Positions 53,134 through 64,000 of a stretch of 64,000 bases of DNA are shown one piece after another. The translations under genes were made by a program, and so were the position numbers. The DNA comes from an uncultured bacterium (GTDB lineage Bacteria; Krumholzibacteriota; Krumholzibacteriia; LZORAL124-64-63), in assembly GCA_963732385.1 (NCBI GenBank), contig CAVSZB010000004.1, positions 160,001 through 224,000 of the forward strand, written 5' to 3'. How positions within the stretch are numbered: position 1 is the stretch's first letter; every line of letters begins with the position of its first letter. The notes under the pieces were generated by a model, which saw nothing but the letters and a program-made list of their open reading frames with translations, did not search any database and was not told the DNA's origin.

Positions 53134-54471
53134 ATGGGCTGGCTGGACGACTATCGCGCCAGGCGCACGACGGCGGCGGAAGCGGTCCGCGCCGTGGGCT
53201 CGGGCGAGCGGGTCTACCTCGGCTCCGGCTGCGCGGTGCCCCACGCGCTGGTGGAGGCGCTGACGGCGCGCGCTGCCGACCTGGCCGGCGTGGAGATCCT
53301 GCAGGTGCTGACCATCGGCCCGGCGCCGTACACGGCGCGCGAACTGGCGGATCACTTCCGCTGCAACGCCCTGTTCATCGGACCGAACGTGCGCGAGGCG
53401 GTCAACGAGGGCCGTGCCGATTATGTGCCGGTGCATCTGCATCAGGCGCCGGAACTGCTGCGCGACGGCAGCCTGCCGCTCGACCACGCCTTCGTGGTGG
53501 TGTCGCCGCCGGACGAACACGGGTTCTGCAGCTTCGGCATCGAGGTCGCGGTGACGAAGCCGGCCGCCCTGGCGGCGCGGCGGATCGTGGCCGAGGTGAA
53601 CCGCCACATGCCGCGCACCCTGGGCGACAGCTTCATCCATGTCTCCAAGATCGATGCCTTCGTGGAGGTCGATCGCGCGCTCGACACCTGGCGGCCGGCG
53701 GAACCGAATCCCACCGAGAAACAGATCGGTGAATACGTGGCGGGGCTGGTCGAGGATGGCGCCTGCCTGCAGGTCGGCATCGGCGGTATCCCCGGCGCGG
53801 TGCTCGAATATCTGGACGAACGGCGCGATCTTGGCGTGCATACCGAGATGTTCAGCGACGGGCTGCAGCGACTGATCGAGCGCGGCGTGGTCACCGGCGA
53901 GCGCAAGAACTTCCATCCTGGCAAGGTGGTGGCCGGATTTCTCCTCGGCAGCCGCGAGCTGTACGATTTCGCGCACGATAACGCCCAGATCGAATTCCAC
54001 CCCTCCGACTATGTCAACAACCCCTTCAACATCGCCCGCAACGACCGCATGATCGCGGTCAACGGCGCGCTGCAGGTCGATCTCACCGGACAGGTGTGCG
54101 CCGATTCGCTCGGCACTTCCTTCTATTCGGGATTCGGCGGTCAGGTTGACTTCATGCGCGGGGCCGCCATGTCACGGGGGGGGCAGGCGGTCACGGCCCT
54201 GCCGGCCACGGCGAAAGAAGGGACTCTTTCGCGGATCATCCCGGTGCTCGACTCCGGCGCGGGAGTGGTGGTGACGAGGGCCGACGTCAATGTCGTCGTC
54301 ACGGAGTTCGGCGTGGCGCGGCTGCGCGGCCGGAATGTCCGCCAGCGTGCCGCTGCCCTCATCGAGGTGGCCGACCCCCGGTTCCGTGACGATCTCACGC
54401 GAGCCGCCCGGGAGCGGGGGCTGTTCGGGCGGCCCGTGCCCGGCTTCGGTCCAGGGCCGTCGGACGCCTGA
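53134..54471 (+). CDS. Acetyl-CoA hydrolase/transferase family (4-hydroxybutyrate CoA-transferase-like)
   Basis: SPPDEHGFCSFG, LQVGIGGIP, HTEM, DLTGQV and SGFGGQVDF. Confidence 0.92.
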   Translation: MGWLDDYRARRTTAAEAVRAVGSGERVYLGSGCAVPHALVEALTARAADLAGVEILQVLTIGPAPYTARELADHFRCNALFIGPNVREAVNEGRADYVPVHLHQAPELLRDGSLPLDHAFVVVSPPDEHGFCSFGIEVAVTKPAALAARRIVAEVNRHMPRTLGDSFIHVSKIDAFVEVDRALDTWRPAEPNPTEKQIGEYVAGLVEDGACLQVGIGGIPGAVLEYLDERRDLGVHTEMFSDGLQRLIERGVVTGERKNFHPGKVVAGFLLGSRELYDFAHDNAQIEFHPSDYVNNPFNIARNDRMIAVNGALQVDLTGQVCADSLGTSFYSGFGGQVDFMRGAAMSRGGQAVTALPATAKEGTLSRIIPVLDSGAGVVVTRADVNVVVTEFGVARLRGRNVRQRAAALIEVADPRFRDDLTRAARERGLFGRPVPGFGPGPSDA

Positions 54472-54505
54472 AACCGGGGCGACCGCGCCAGGTAGTCCAC
54501 CCCGG

Positions 54506-54540
54506 TTGACATTTCGTCATCTTGTCGACAAAATGTCCAA
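54506..54540. promoter_or_regulatory. Tandem GAC-N5-GTC palindromes; candidate operator or enhancer sites
   Basis: TGACATTTCGTCA (54507-54519) and GACAAAATGTC (54527-54537), centres 19 bp apart, upstream of the NtrC-type gene. Confidence 0.5.
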
Positions 54541-54588
54541 CGGCGCCGGTGCCGGCTTCGTGGCGGCACCGTTTCGTCGGAGGACCGC

Positions 54589-55980
54589 ATGAGCATACCC
54601 GAGAATTTTCCCCCTCCCCGCGCGGACGCACCGGTCACCGCGGCCGACCCGGCCACCATCCTGGTTGTGGACGACGAGCCGGAGCTCTGCCTCGCGTTGT
54701 CGAAACTGCTCCGCCGTAACGGCTACCAGGTTCTCACCGCGATCAACGGGGAGGAGGGTCTGGAGACGCTGCGGCGCCACGAGGTGCACGTCGTGCTCAC
54801 CGATCTGATCATGCCGCGCCTCGGCGGGCTCGACCTGCTCAAGGCCGCCCAGGTGGTCTCGCCCGCCAGCGAAGTGATCATCATCACCGGCCACGGCACC
54901 ATCGAAACGGCCGTGGGGGCGATGAAGCAGGGGGCCTACGACTTTATCGAGAAGCCGTTCACCACCGCGACCACCCTGAACGTGGTGCGCAAGGCGCTCG
55001 AGAAGCAGCAGCTGATGGCGGAGAACCTCGAACTGCGCCGGCAGCTCGAAGAGATCCGGGGGCAGCACGACATCATCGGCACCAGCGAAGTGATGCGGGC
55101 GACGGTGGAGACCGCGCAGCAGGTGGCCGGCAGTTCGGCCACGGTGCTGCTGACCGGCGAGAGCGGCACCGGCAAGGAGATTTTCGCCAACGCCATCCAC
55201 CGCTGGAGCGATCGCGCCAAGTGGCCGCTGGTGAAGGTGTCGTGTGCGGCGCTGCCGGAAACCCTGCTCGAGGCGGAACTGTTCGGCTACGAGAAGGGGT
55301 CGTTCACCGGCGCCGTGACGCGGCGCAAGGGGCGTTTCGAGGCGGCCCACCGGGGCACTCTGTTCCTGGACGAGGTGGGGGAGATGGCGCTCTCCATCCA
55401 GGTCAAGCTGCTGCGGGTCCTGCAGGAGGGAACCTTCGAGCGGCTCGGCGGCAACGAGCCGATCGACGCCGACGTGCGGATCATCGCCGCCACGAACGCC
55501 GATCTCGACAAGATGGTCGAGGGGGGCACCTTCCGCGAGGACCTCTACTACCGGCTGAACGTGATCAAGCTCGAACTGCCGGCTCTGCGTGGACGGTCCG
55601 AAGATGTGATCCTGCTCGCCAACTACTTCCTGAAGATCTACAACGAGAAAAACCACAAGGATCTGGCGGGATTCACCCGACCGACCGTGGACGTCCTGAC
55701 CCGCTATTCCTGGCCCGGCAACGTGCGGGAACTGGAGAACTGCATCGAGCGGGCGGTGGTTTTGAGCAAGGGGCCCTTCGTCGATGTCGACGCCCTCTCC
55801 CCCTCGGTAGTGGCGGGCCGGAAGTGGTATGAATCGGTGTCGCTGCCGATCGGCACGACGCTCAGGGATGCCGAACTGAAGCTGATCCGGGCTACCCTCG
55901 CCAGTTGCGGCGGCGACAGGGAGACCGCGGCCAACATTCTCGGCATCGCCAGCCGCACTATCTATCGCAAGGTCAAATAG
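54589..55980 (+). CDS. Sigma-54-dependent response regulator (NtrC/AtoC family: REC-AAA+-HTH)
   Basis: ILVVDDE..TDLIMP receiver; GESGTGKE, ELFG.EKGSFTGA, FLDE, FREDLYYRL and WPGNVREL; C-terminal Fis HTH. Confidence 0.95.
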   Translation: MSIPENFPPPRADAPVTAADPATILVVDDEPELCLALSKLLRRNGYQVLTAINGEEGLETLRRHEVHVVLTDLIMPRLGGLDLLKAAQVVSPASEVIIITGHGTIETAVGAMKQGAYDFIEKPFTTATTLNVVRKALEKQQLMAENLELRRQLEEIRGQHDIIGTSEVMRATVETAQQVAGSSATVLLTGESGTGKEIFANAIHRWSDRAKWPLVKVSCAALPETLLEAELFGYEKGSFTGAVTRRKGRFEAAHRGTLFLDEVGEMALSIQVKLLRVLQEGTFERLGGNEPIDADVRIIAATNADLDKMVEGGTFREDLYYRLNVIKLELPALRGRSEDVILLANYFLKIYNEKNHKDLAGFTRPTVDVLTRYSWPGNVRELENCIERAVVLSKGPFVDVDALSPSVVAGRKWYESVSLPIGTTLRDAELKLIRATLASCGGDRETAANILGIASRTIYRKVK

Positions 55981-56002
55981 GGGACGGTCCGAGCGACTTG
56001 GC

Positions 56003-56031
56003 TTGACCCCTTCGCGCGGCGCTGCTATATT
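56003..56031 (+). promoter_or_regulatory. Putative sigma70 promoter for tRNA-Leu-tig
   Basis: TTGACC, 17-nt spacer, TATATT with extended -10 TG. Confidence 0.65.
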
Positions 56032-56115
56032 GGGTGCCCGGTCGGCGGAATCCGTCCGCCCTTTGTTTTCAAGGACTTAGGCGGGCCATCCGCCCATGGC
56101 GATGCCCCTTGAGGC

Positions 56116-56200
56116 GCGAGAGTGGCGGAACTGGTAGACGCGCGGGATTTAGGATCCCGTGGTGCAAACCGTGGGGGTTCGAGTCCCCCCTCTCGCACCA
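56116..56200 (+). tRNA. tRNA-Leu (anticodon TAG)
   Basis: GCGAGAG/CTCTCGC acceptor stem, GGAACTGGTAGAC D-arm, CGGGA-TTTAGGA-TCCCG anticodon arm, long variable arm, GGTTCGAGTC T-loop and encoded CCA. Confidence 0.97.
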
Positions 56201-56254
56201 ATCCTGCCGTCGGCTCCTGCGGCCGTGACGATCCACCCCAGCGAGGACGTTCCC

Positions 56255-57595
56255 ATGACCGATTCCCCTGACCGCAACGCGACCCCGCTCGCTTTCAACT
56301 CGACCCTGGAAGCGCCGGAGCCGTGGCGCCGCGTGCTCCGGGTCGAGGTGGCCCGCGATTCCTTCGATCAGGAGTATGCGCGACGACTCCAATCGGCGCG
56401 CAAGCGCGCCGTGCGTCCCGGTTTCCGCCCCGGCCGCGTGCCGGTGGCGGTCATCGAGAAGGAACTCCGTGACGAGTTGCGGGTGCAGACGGTCGAGACG
56501 GTGATCGAACAGGCCTACCGCGATGCGGTTGCGACCCACGAATTGGTGCCGGTGAACGATCCGAGCGTGACCAACCTTCGCTTCGAGGAGGCGGGACAGC
56601 CGGTCACGTTCGAAATCGTCTTCGAGGTGCGTCCTCCCGTCACGATCAGCGGCTACGATCAGTTGCCGCTGACCCGCCGCGCGGCCCGCGTGACCGATGC
56701 CGAAGTCGACGGCGTGGTGCTCCGTTTGCGCGAATCGCAGGCCATCCCGGAGCGGGTGGACCGGTCGGCGGAAACGGGCGATGAACTGCAGATCGACCTC
56801 GTGCCGCTCGGCGCCGACGGACAGCCGGAGGAGGCGCGCCGAGTCCCGGAATACGTCTTCTCGCTCGGCGAGCCGGATAACATCAAGGCGTTCGACGAAG
56901 GACTCGCCGGTGCCCGGTCGGGCGATACGCGCGAGGTCAGCGTGACCTACGCCGCGGACCATGGCAATGAACGCCTGCGCGGAACCACGGTCGTCTACCG
57001 GATCGTGGTGAAGGAAGTGCGCCAGAAACTCCTGCCCGAACTGAACGATGCCTTCGCGGAGCGGGTCAAGCCGGGCGAGACGCTTCTGAGCCTGCGCGGC
57101 GCCATCCGCGCGGACCTGCGCCGCCAGGATGAGGAGACGACGCGCCGGGAGATGGAGGAGCAACTGGTGGATGCGCTGCTCGTCACCAATGACATTCCGG
57201 TGCCCCCCTCGCTGGTCGGGCAGTACCTCGAGGCGGGGCTGAAGGACCTGCACTCCCAGAACGAACGGCATGGACGGCCCAATGGCCCCGAGGAGGACGC
57301 CCGCTACCGCGAGTTGACGCGGCCGCTCGCCGAGCGGATCATCCGGACCATCTTCCTGCTTGAAGCGGTGCGCCGGCAGGAGGGCCTCACGGTCACGGAG
57401 GCGGAGGTCGACGCCCGGATCGAGGAGATCGCCCGCGAGTACGGGTTCGAACTGGAGAAATATCGTGCCTACGCCGATCAGGGCACGGAACGGGAGAGGA
57501 TCAGCCGCACGCTCGAGGAGCGCAGGACGTTCGATTTCCTGATCTCTCGCGCCGTGGTTACCGAAGCACAGGCCGCTGAGGCGGGGGAGGCCTGA
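56255..57595 (+). CDS. tig: Trigger factor
   Basis: PGFRPGRVP ribosome-binding motif; FKBP-like middle domain; ELNDAFA; lies upstream of clpP. Confidence 0.93.
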   Translation: MTDSPDRNATPLAFNSTLEAPEPWRRVLRVEVARDSFDQEYARRLQSARKRAVRPGFRPGRVPVAVIEKELRDELRVQTVETVIEQAYRDAVATHELVPVNDPSVTNLRFEEAGQPVTFEIVFEVRPPVTISGYDQLPLTRRAARVTDAEVDGVVLRLRESQAIPERVDRSAETGDELQIDLVPLGADGQPEEARRVPEYVFSLGEPDNIKAFDEGLAGARSGDTREVSVTYAADHGNERLRGTTVVYRIVVKEVRQKLLPELNDAFAERVKPGETLLSLRGAIRADLRRQDEETTRREMEEQLVDALLVTNDIPVPPSLVGQYLEAGLKDLHSQNERHGRPNGPEEDARYRELTRPLAERIIRTIFLLEAVRRQEGLTVTEAEVDARIEEIAREYGFELEKYRAYADQGTERERISRTLEERRTFDFLISRAVVTEAQAAEAGEA

Positions 57596-57725
57596 CCGGC
57601 AACGGGTACGCTTCCTGCCACGGCAGTGGCGGCGACAAAAGTGTGGAAACGAATCTTCCCCGATCCTTGTTGGCAATTGCAGCATCGACAGGGATGTAGC
57701 CAGGATCCTGAGCGAAGGAGTCGAG

Positions 57726-58334
57726 ATGCTGATTCCGTATGTGGTTGATCAGACCAGCCATGGCGAGCGGGCCTACGACATTTTTTCCCGGTTGCTGAAG
57801 GACCGCATCGTTTTTCTGGGCGTGCCGATCGACGACACGGTCGCTAACATCGTCATCGCCCAGATGCTGTTCCTGCAGTCCGAGGATCCGGAGCGCGACA
57901 TCTACCTTTACCTGAACTCGCCCGGTGGCAGTATTTCCGCAGGCCTTGCTATCTATGATACTATGCAATACCTTAGTAACGATGTGGTGACGATCTGCAT
58001 GGGACAGGCGGCGAGCATGGCCGCTGTCCTGCTGGCGGCCGGCTCGGCCGGCAAGCGTTCGGCCCTGCCTCACTCGCGGGTGATGATCCACCAGCCGCTT
58101 GGCGGCAGCCAGGGCCAGGCCAGCATGATCGAGATCTACGCCAAGGAGATTCTCTATCTTCGGGACCGCCTGTACGATATTGTCGCCAAGCATACCGGTC
58201 AGTCGTTCGAGAAGATCGCCAGGGACAGCGACCGGGACTTTTTCATGTCGGCCGAGGGTGCCCGGGAATACGGCATCGTCGACCGTGTGATCGAGCGTCG
58301 TTCCGAAGTGATCAAGGAAAAGGGCCGGGACTGA
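57726..58334 (+). CDS. clpP: ATP-dependent Clp protease proteolytic subunit
   Basis: [26 protein letters not shown] and DRD. Confidence 0.98.
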   Translation: MLIPYVVDQTSHGERAYDIFSRLLKDRIVFLGVPIDDTVANIVIAQMLFLQSEDPERDIYLYLNSPGGSISAGLAIYDTMQYLSNDVVTICMGQAASMAAVLLAAGSAGKRSALPHSRVMIHQPLGGSQGQASMIEIYAKEILYLRDRLYDIVAKHTGQSFEKIARDSDRDFFMSAEGAREYGIVDRVIERRSEVIKEKGRD

Positions 58335-58403
58335 GCCGGGCCGGCGTAGCCGGTGCCGGCTGTCGCAACGGCGACCCGGCGGCCCAGACCTGTGGGAGGG
58401 GAG

Positions 58404-59663
<1,260 letters not shown>

Positions 59664-59749
59664 TCGCAAGCGGCCGCGGGCCGCGGTTGCGGGCCGCGCG
59701 GCGGTCCGCGGCCGTTGTGCGCCCGGCGGCCTAATGATGAAGGAATAGC

Positions 59750-62125
59750 ATGGGTGACAACGAATTCACTATCCAGCGCGACGGGGAGCCGGTGCTCCTG
59801 CCGACGCAATTGCCGCTGCTGCCGCTGCGGGACGTGGTCATGTTTCCCTACATGGTGACCCCGCTCCTGGTGGGACGCCCCCGCTCGATCGCGGCCCTGG
59901 AGGCGGCGGTCGAGCGCGACAAGCACATCGTGGTGACGGCGCAGAAGGAGTCGGAAGAGGAGGAGCCGGGGCCGGAGGATCTGTACGAGGTCGGCACGAT
60001 CATCAAGATCCTGCAGATCATCCGCACTCCAGACGAAACGCTCAAGATCCTCGTGGAGGGGGTCGCGCGGGTCCACATCGAGCAGTTCCTGCCCAACGAG
60101 GATTACCAGGAGGTCCTCGTCTCCCCGCTCGCCGAGATCGTGGAGGAGGGCCCCGAGCTGGAGGCCCTCAGCCGCTCGATCAAGGATCGGTTCAAGGAAT
60201 ATGTCCGCCTGAACAAGCGTCTGCCGGACGAGATTCTCCTGTCGGTGCTGAACCTCGAGGAGATCGACCGCATGGTCGATTCGATCAGCGCCTACATCCT
60301 CGGCAAGGTGCCGCTGAAGCAGCAGCTGCTGGAGGAGACGAGCCTGGCGCAGCGCATGCGGCGCATCAACCAGGTGCTCGCCGACGAGCTGGAAATCCTG
60401 GAGATCGAACAGCGCATCGACACCGAGGTGCAGAGCCAGGTCCAGAAGAACCAGCGGGAGTTCTATCTCAACGAGCAGTTGCGCGCGATCCGCAAGGAGC
60501 TCGGCTATACCTCGGACGAGGACAGCGAGGTCGATGAGTACCAACAGCGCCTGGCCGAGGCCGATCTCACGCCCGAGGCGGTCGAGGTGGCCAAGCGCGA
60601 GGTGGGCCGCCTCGCCCGGATGCCCGGGATGTCGCCCGAGGCGACCGTCGTGCGCAACTATCTCGACACCCTGCTCGGCCTGCCGTGGAACAAGCGCTCG
60701 CGCGACCGTCTCGACACGCGCCGCGTCCGGGCGAAGCTCGATGCCGACCACTACGGACTGGAAAAGGTGAAGGACCGCATCGTCGAGTTTCTCGCCGTCT
60801 ACAAGCTGACGAAGAAGATGCAGGGCTCGATCCTCTGTCTCGTCGGTCCGCCCGGCGTGGGCAAGACGAGTCTCGGACGGTCGATCGCGGACTCGATGGG
60901 ACGACGTTTCGTGCGCATCTCCCTGGGTGGCGTGCGGGACGAGGCGGAGATCCGGGGACACCGGCGCACGTACATCGGCAGCAAGCCGGGCCGGGTGATC
61001 GAATCGCTGCGCAAGGCCGGCACCAAGAACCCGGTGTTTCTGCTGGACGAGATCGACAAGCTGGGCGCGGACTACCGCGGCGATCCGTCGGCTGCCCTGC
61101 TGGAGGTCCTCGACCCCGAGCAGAATTCGCATTTCAGCGACCACTATCTCGAAGTGGACTTCGATCTGAGCGAGGTCATGTTCATCACGACCGCGAACTC
61201 ACTGCATTCCATCCCGATCGCGCTCGAGGACCGGATGGAGATCATCAGGCTTCCGGGGTACCTGGAGCACGAGAAGCTGCGGATCGCCGAGAAGTACCTG
61301 GTGCCGCGGCAGCTCAAGCGCAACGGCGTGCCGGGCTGGCGGCGCGCGCTGCCCCCGCGGACCCTCGAGGCCATCGCCGACGGTTGGACGCGCGAGGCGG
61401 GGGTGCGCAATCTGGAGCGGGAGATCGCCGCGATCTGCCGCAAGGCGGCCAAGCACCGCGCCGCGACGGGGCACCTGCCGCCTGCGGTCACGCCGCGCGG
61501 CCTCCCGCGCTATCTCGGAGCGCGCCGGTTCCACCGGCAGGTTGTGGATCGGGAGCCGGAGATCGGTACCGTGACCGGACTGGCCTGGACCACGGCGGGC
61601 GGCGAGATCCTGCCGATCGAGGTGCTGTCGATGGCGGGCGCCGGCAAGCTGATGATCACCGGCAATCTCAAGGAGGTCATGAAGGAATCGGCCGAGACCG
61701 CGCTCAGTTTCGCGCGGTCGCACTGCCGCAACGTGCCCCGCGAGTATATGAAGGAGCACGACATCCATCTGCACGTTCCGGAGGGGGCGATCCCCAAGGA
61801 CGGCCCGAGCGCCGGCATCGCCATCGCCACCGCGTTCGTCTCGCTCCTGGAACAGCGCCCGGTGCGGCGCGACGTCGCCATGACGGGCGAGGTCACGCTG
61901 CGTGGCAAGGTGCTGCCGATCGGCGGCCTGCCGGAGAAGGCGGTCGCAGCGATCCGCGTCGGCGCGCGGGTGCTGATCATCCCCAAGGAGAACGAGGGAG
62001 AGTACCTCGAACTGCCGCAGCTCGTGCGCAAACAGCTCGATGTGCATCTGGCCGAGACCATGGATGAGGTGCTCGCCATCGCCCTGCTGCCGGATAGGGA
62101 GACGGCGTGCTTGCCCGTTTCGTAA
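59750..62125 (+). CDS. lon: Lon protease (endopeptidase La)
   Basis: LPLRD, GPPGVGKTS, RGHRRTY, PKDGPSAG and IGGL.EK. Confidence 0.98.
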   Translation: MGDNEFTIQRDGEPVLLPTQLPLLPLRDVVMFPYMVTPLLVGRPRSIAALEAAVERDKHIVVTAQKESEEEEPGPEDLYEVGTIIKILQIIRTPDETLKILVEGVARVHIEQFLPNEDYQEVLVSPLAEIVEEGPELEALSRSIKDRFKEYVRLNKRLPDEILLSVLNLEEIDRMVDSISAYILGKVPLKQQLLEETSLAQRMRRINQVLADELEILEIEQRIDTEVQSQVQKNQREFYLNEQLRAIRKELGYTSDEDSEVDEYQQRLAEADLTPEAVEVAKREVGRLARMPGMSPEATVVRNYLDTLLGLPWNKRSRDRLDTRRVRAKLDADHYGLEKVKDRIVEFLAVYKLTKKMQGSILCLVGPPGVGKTSLGRSIADSMGRRFVRISLGGVRDEAEIRGHRRTYIGSKPGRVIESLRKAGTKNPVFLLDEIDKLGADYRGDPSAALLEVLDPEQNSHFSDHYLEVDFDLSEVMFITTANSLHSIPIALEDRMEIIRLPGYLEHEKLRIAEKYLVPRQLKRNGVPGWRRALPPRTLEAIADGWTREAGVRNLEREIAAICRKAAKHRAATGHLPPAVTPRGLPRYLGARRFHRQVVDREPEIGTVTGLAWTTAGGEILPIEVLSMAGAGKLMITGNLKEVMKESAETALSFARSHCRNVPREYMKEHDIHLHVPEGAIPKDGPSAGIAIATAFVSLLEQRPVRRDVAMTGEVTLRGKVLPIGGLPEKAVAAIRVGARVLIIPKENEGEYLELPQLVRKQLDVHLAETMDEVLAIALLPDRETACLPVS

Positions 62126-62700
62126 CCAGCGCCGCCTCGCTTGCCGGCCGACCGCAGCCGCCGTTGCCGGAGTTCGCCTTCGTCGGCCGCAGCAACTGCG
62201 GCAAGTCGTCGTTGATCAACCATTTCCTGGGGCGATCGAAGCTGGCGCTGACCAGTCGCCAGCCGGGCAAGACCCGGCTGCTGAACTATTTCCTGATCGA
62301 CGAGCGCTACTACATCGTCGACCTGCCTGGCTACGGCTACGCTCGCGTCAGTCAGGCGCAGCGCGCCGAATGGACGACGCTCGTGAGGGCGTACCTGGCC
62401 GCGGGGGACCGTTCGCTGGCGCTCTTCCACCTGCTCGATGCCCGTCACGACCCGAGTGCCGAGGATGCTGAGATGTCGCTCTGGCTGCGCGAGGCGGGGG
62501 TGCCGTTCGCGATCGCCGTCACCAAGGTGGACAAGGTCGGCAGCACGAAGCTGGCGACCCACCTGCGGCGAATCATCGCGGCGCTCGAGCTGCCGCCGGG
62601 AACCCCCTTCATCCCGACCTCCGCCACCCGTGGCCAGGGGCGGGGCGAAATGGCGGCCTGGATCGAGGCGCGGTTGGCGATCGCCGCGACCGCTGGTTGA
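62107..62700 (+). CDS. yihA: Ribosome biogenesis GTPase YihA/YsxC (EngB)
   Basis: GRSNCGKSS, PGKT, DLPGYG and TKVDK. Confidence 0.95.
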   Translation: MLARFVTSAASLAGRPQPPLPEFAFVGRSNCGKSSLINHFLGRSKLALTSRQPGKTRLLNYFLIDERYYIVDLPGYGYARVSQAQRAEWTTLVRAYLAAGDRSLALFHLLDARHDPSAEDAEMSLWLREAGVPFAIAVTKVDKVGSTKLATHLRRIIAALELPPGTPFIPTSATRGQGRGEMAAWIEARLAIAATAG

Positions 62701-62771
62701 CGGGGAGGGAAAGTGGACTATTCTATGCCGGTACCTGCGACGCCGGGCTCGGTCCACAAGTTGAATTTCCC

Positions 62772-62800
62772 TTGCAGCGCCCTTGTCGCTATGTCATAAT
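62772..62800 (+). promoter_or_regulatory. Putative sigma70 promoter of the small CxxCH protein gene
   Basis: TTGCAG, 17-nt spacer, CATAAT with extended -10 TG. Confidence 0.55.
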
Positions 62801-62883
62801 TGTTGAGGTTGGATCGTCCGGGGTGCGGGGCCCGACGGGGAGGATCGCGGGGACGATTGGCTAACTCTCGCGAAGACAGGAAC

Positions 62884-63309
62884 ATGGAACGTCTGCTGGC
62901 GCGCAGCCTCACAACGATCGCCGTGGTCATCGCCGTCGTGGCGCTGGTGGCGGCGGTCAATGCGAATCCCACCCACATGGCGCAATTGCCGGCGTCCGCT
63001 ACGCTGGGTTGCGCAAATTGTCACGTAGGCGGGACTGCCACGGAGGCGCCCAGCGTCGAGTTGAATTCGTTCGGCCTGGCCTTCAAGAACAACGGCAAAG
63101 TCTGGAATCAAACTCTGGCGAACGGCAACGCCGACCAGGACGGATGCACGAACGGTGTCGAACTGGGCGATTCCGACGGCAACGGTGAGCCGGACGGGAA
63201 CCAGACCCGGCAGACCAGCAATCCGGGCAGTAGCGGTGACTGCCATCCGAGTTCGATTGATGAACAGACCTGGGGCGCCCTGAAGAGCCTCTTCAACAGT
63301 AACAAGTAA
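62884..63309 (+). CDS. Small secreted CxxCH (putative monoheme) temptin-like protein with C-terminal TWGxLKSxF tail
   Basis: Signal peptide (VNA|NP); CANCH; LNSFGLAF..W...L...ADQDGCTNGVELGD..SNPG; ends SSIDEQTWGALKSLFNSNK; has its own promoter and terminator. Confidence 0.75.
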   Translation: MERLLARSLTTIAVVIAVVALVAAVNANPTHMAQLPASATLGCANCHVGGTATEAPSVELNSFGLAFKNNGKVWNQTLANGNADQDGCTNGVELGDSDGNGEPDGNQTRQTSNPGSSGDCHPSSIDEQTWGALKSLFNSNK

Positions 63310-63338
63310 GCCTCACCGGTACCGGCGGCCTCAACGGC

Positions 63339-63365
63339 AGTCTCTGGTGCAGAGGCTTTTTTTTT
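63339..63365 (+). terminator. Rho-independent terminator
   Basis: AGTCTCTG-GTG-CAGAGGCT hairpin running into a T9 tract. Confidence 0.8.
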
Positions 63366-63424
63366 GCGGGTGACGGCGGTGAGCCGGGAGCGGCGCGGCA
63401 GCCGCGAATCAGGGGGAGCGACGC

Positions 63425-64000
63425 GTGTTGAATCGCGTGGTCATCGGCGGGCAGTGGGGCGACGAGGGCAAAGGCAAGATCATCGATGCCCTTAGTGAGG
63501 GGATCGACTGGGTCCTGCGCTACCAGGGCGGCGCGAACGCCGGTCACACCATCAGCACCGGCGGACAGGAGCACGTGCTGCACCTGATTCCCTCCGGGGT
63601 GTTCCACGAGCACGCCCGCTGCTTCCTCGGCAGCGGCATGGTCGTCGATCCCTGGGAGTTGCGCGACGAGATCGTGGCGCTCGAGGAGCGGGGAGTGAAA
63701 GCGCGGGGGCGGTTGTTCATCTCCGCCGCCGCCCACCTGATCCTGCCCTATCACAAGCGCGTGGACGAGCTGCGCGAGGTGAAGCTGAAGCGGCGCAGTC
63801 TCGGCACGACCGGTCGCGGCATCGGGCCGGCCTACGCCGACAAGGCGATGCGGGCCGGTCTGCGCATGGGCGACCTGCTGCTGCCCAAGGAGAATCTCGA
63901 GCGCAAGGTGATCGAGAAGGTGCTCGACTCGAACGAGGTGCTGTCGGAGTTCTACAAGTCTGATCCGCTGCCGGCCCCGGTCATTGCCGAGGAGCTCGTC
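63425..64000 (+). CDS. purA: Adenylosuccinate synthetase (5' part; runs off the window)
   Basis: Manually translated ..VIGGQWGDEGKGKIID..RYQGGANAGHT..LHLIPSG..GTTGRGIGPAYADK. Confidence 0.97.
   Translation, partial: MLNRVVIGGQWGDEGKGKIIDALSEGIDWVLRYQGGANAGHTISTGGQEHVLHLIPSGVFHEHARCFLGSGMVVDPWELRDEIVALEERGVKARGRLFISAAAHLILPYHKRVDELREVKLKRRSLGTTGRGIGPAYADKAMRAGLRMGDLLLPKENLERKVIEKVLDSNEVLSEFYKSDPLPAPVIAEELV

Noticed and set aside
56116..56260. tRNA-Leu as a possible genomic-island integration site
   Set aside because: No integrase and no duplicated tRNA 3' end; tRNA-Leu-tig-clpP-clpX-lon is an ordinary arrangement.
57641..57651. DnaA-box-like TGTGGAAAC and scattered TCCACA words in intergenic regions
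   Set aside because: Isolated, mismatched copies with no cluster or AT-rich unwinding element; not an origin.
59670..59715. GC-rich hairpin between clpX and lon
   Set aside because: No U-tract and no other copies seen; GC-rich sequence pairs readily by chance.

Overview
GC-rich (about 70% by eye) bacterial chromosome segment, mostly housekeeping and metabolic genes. I saw no CRISPR array, integrase, transposase or rRNA. Left to right it contains: lptG(partial)-lptF, divergent from a 2206-aa SprA-like (type IX secretion translocon) gene and an M28 glutaminyl-cyclase-like gene; the rimP-nusA-L7Ae-infB-rbfA/DHH fusion-truB-ribF operon, with a rimP leader hairpin; an octaheme cytochrome c lipoprotein coupled to a Gfo/Idh/MocA oxidoreductase; a secreted lamin-tail-domain protein; a ~32 kb peptide and branched-chain acyl-CoA catabolic region (MeaB, split methylmalonyl-CoA mutase, epimerase, three acyl-CoA dehydrogenases, thiolase, Hbd, crotonase, split propionyl-CoA carboxylase, VOR, Ald, CoA transferase, M17/M29 peptidases) interleaved with MATE, xseAB and an ABC-2 cassette; an orphan sigma-54 response regulator; tRNA-Leu(TAG)-tig-clpP-clpX-lon-yihA; a small secreted CxxCH temptin-like protein; and the start of purA. 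Gene content suggests a diderm FCB-related lineage outside Bacteroidota such as Krumholzibacteriota or Latescibacterota (inference only). The best candidate for an undescribed system: two unrelated signal-peptide proteins 41 kb apart both end in the same short tail, [ST]-W-G-x-L-K-S-x-[YF], in a genome that encodes SprA. This may be a minimal C-terminal secretion or sorting signal. All family assignments come from motif recognition by eye; no database searches were run.
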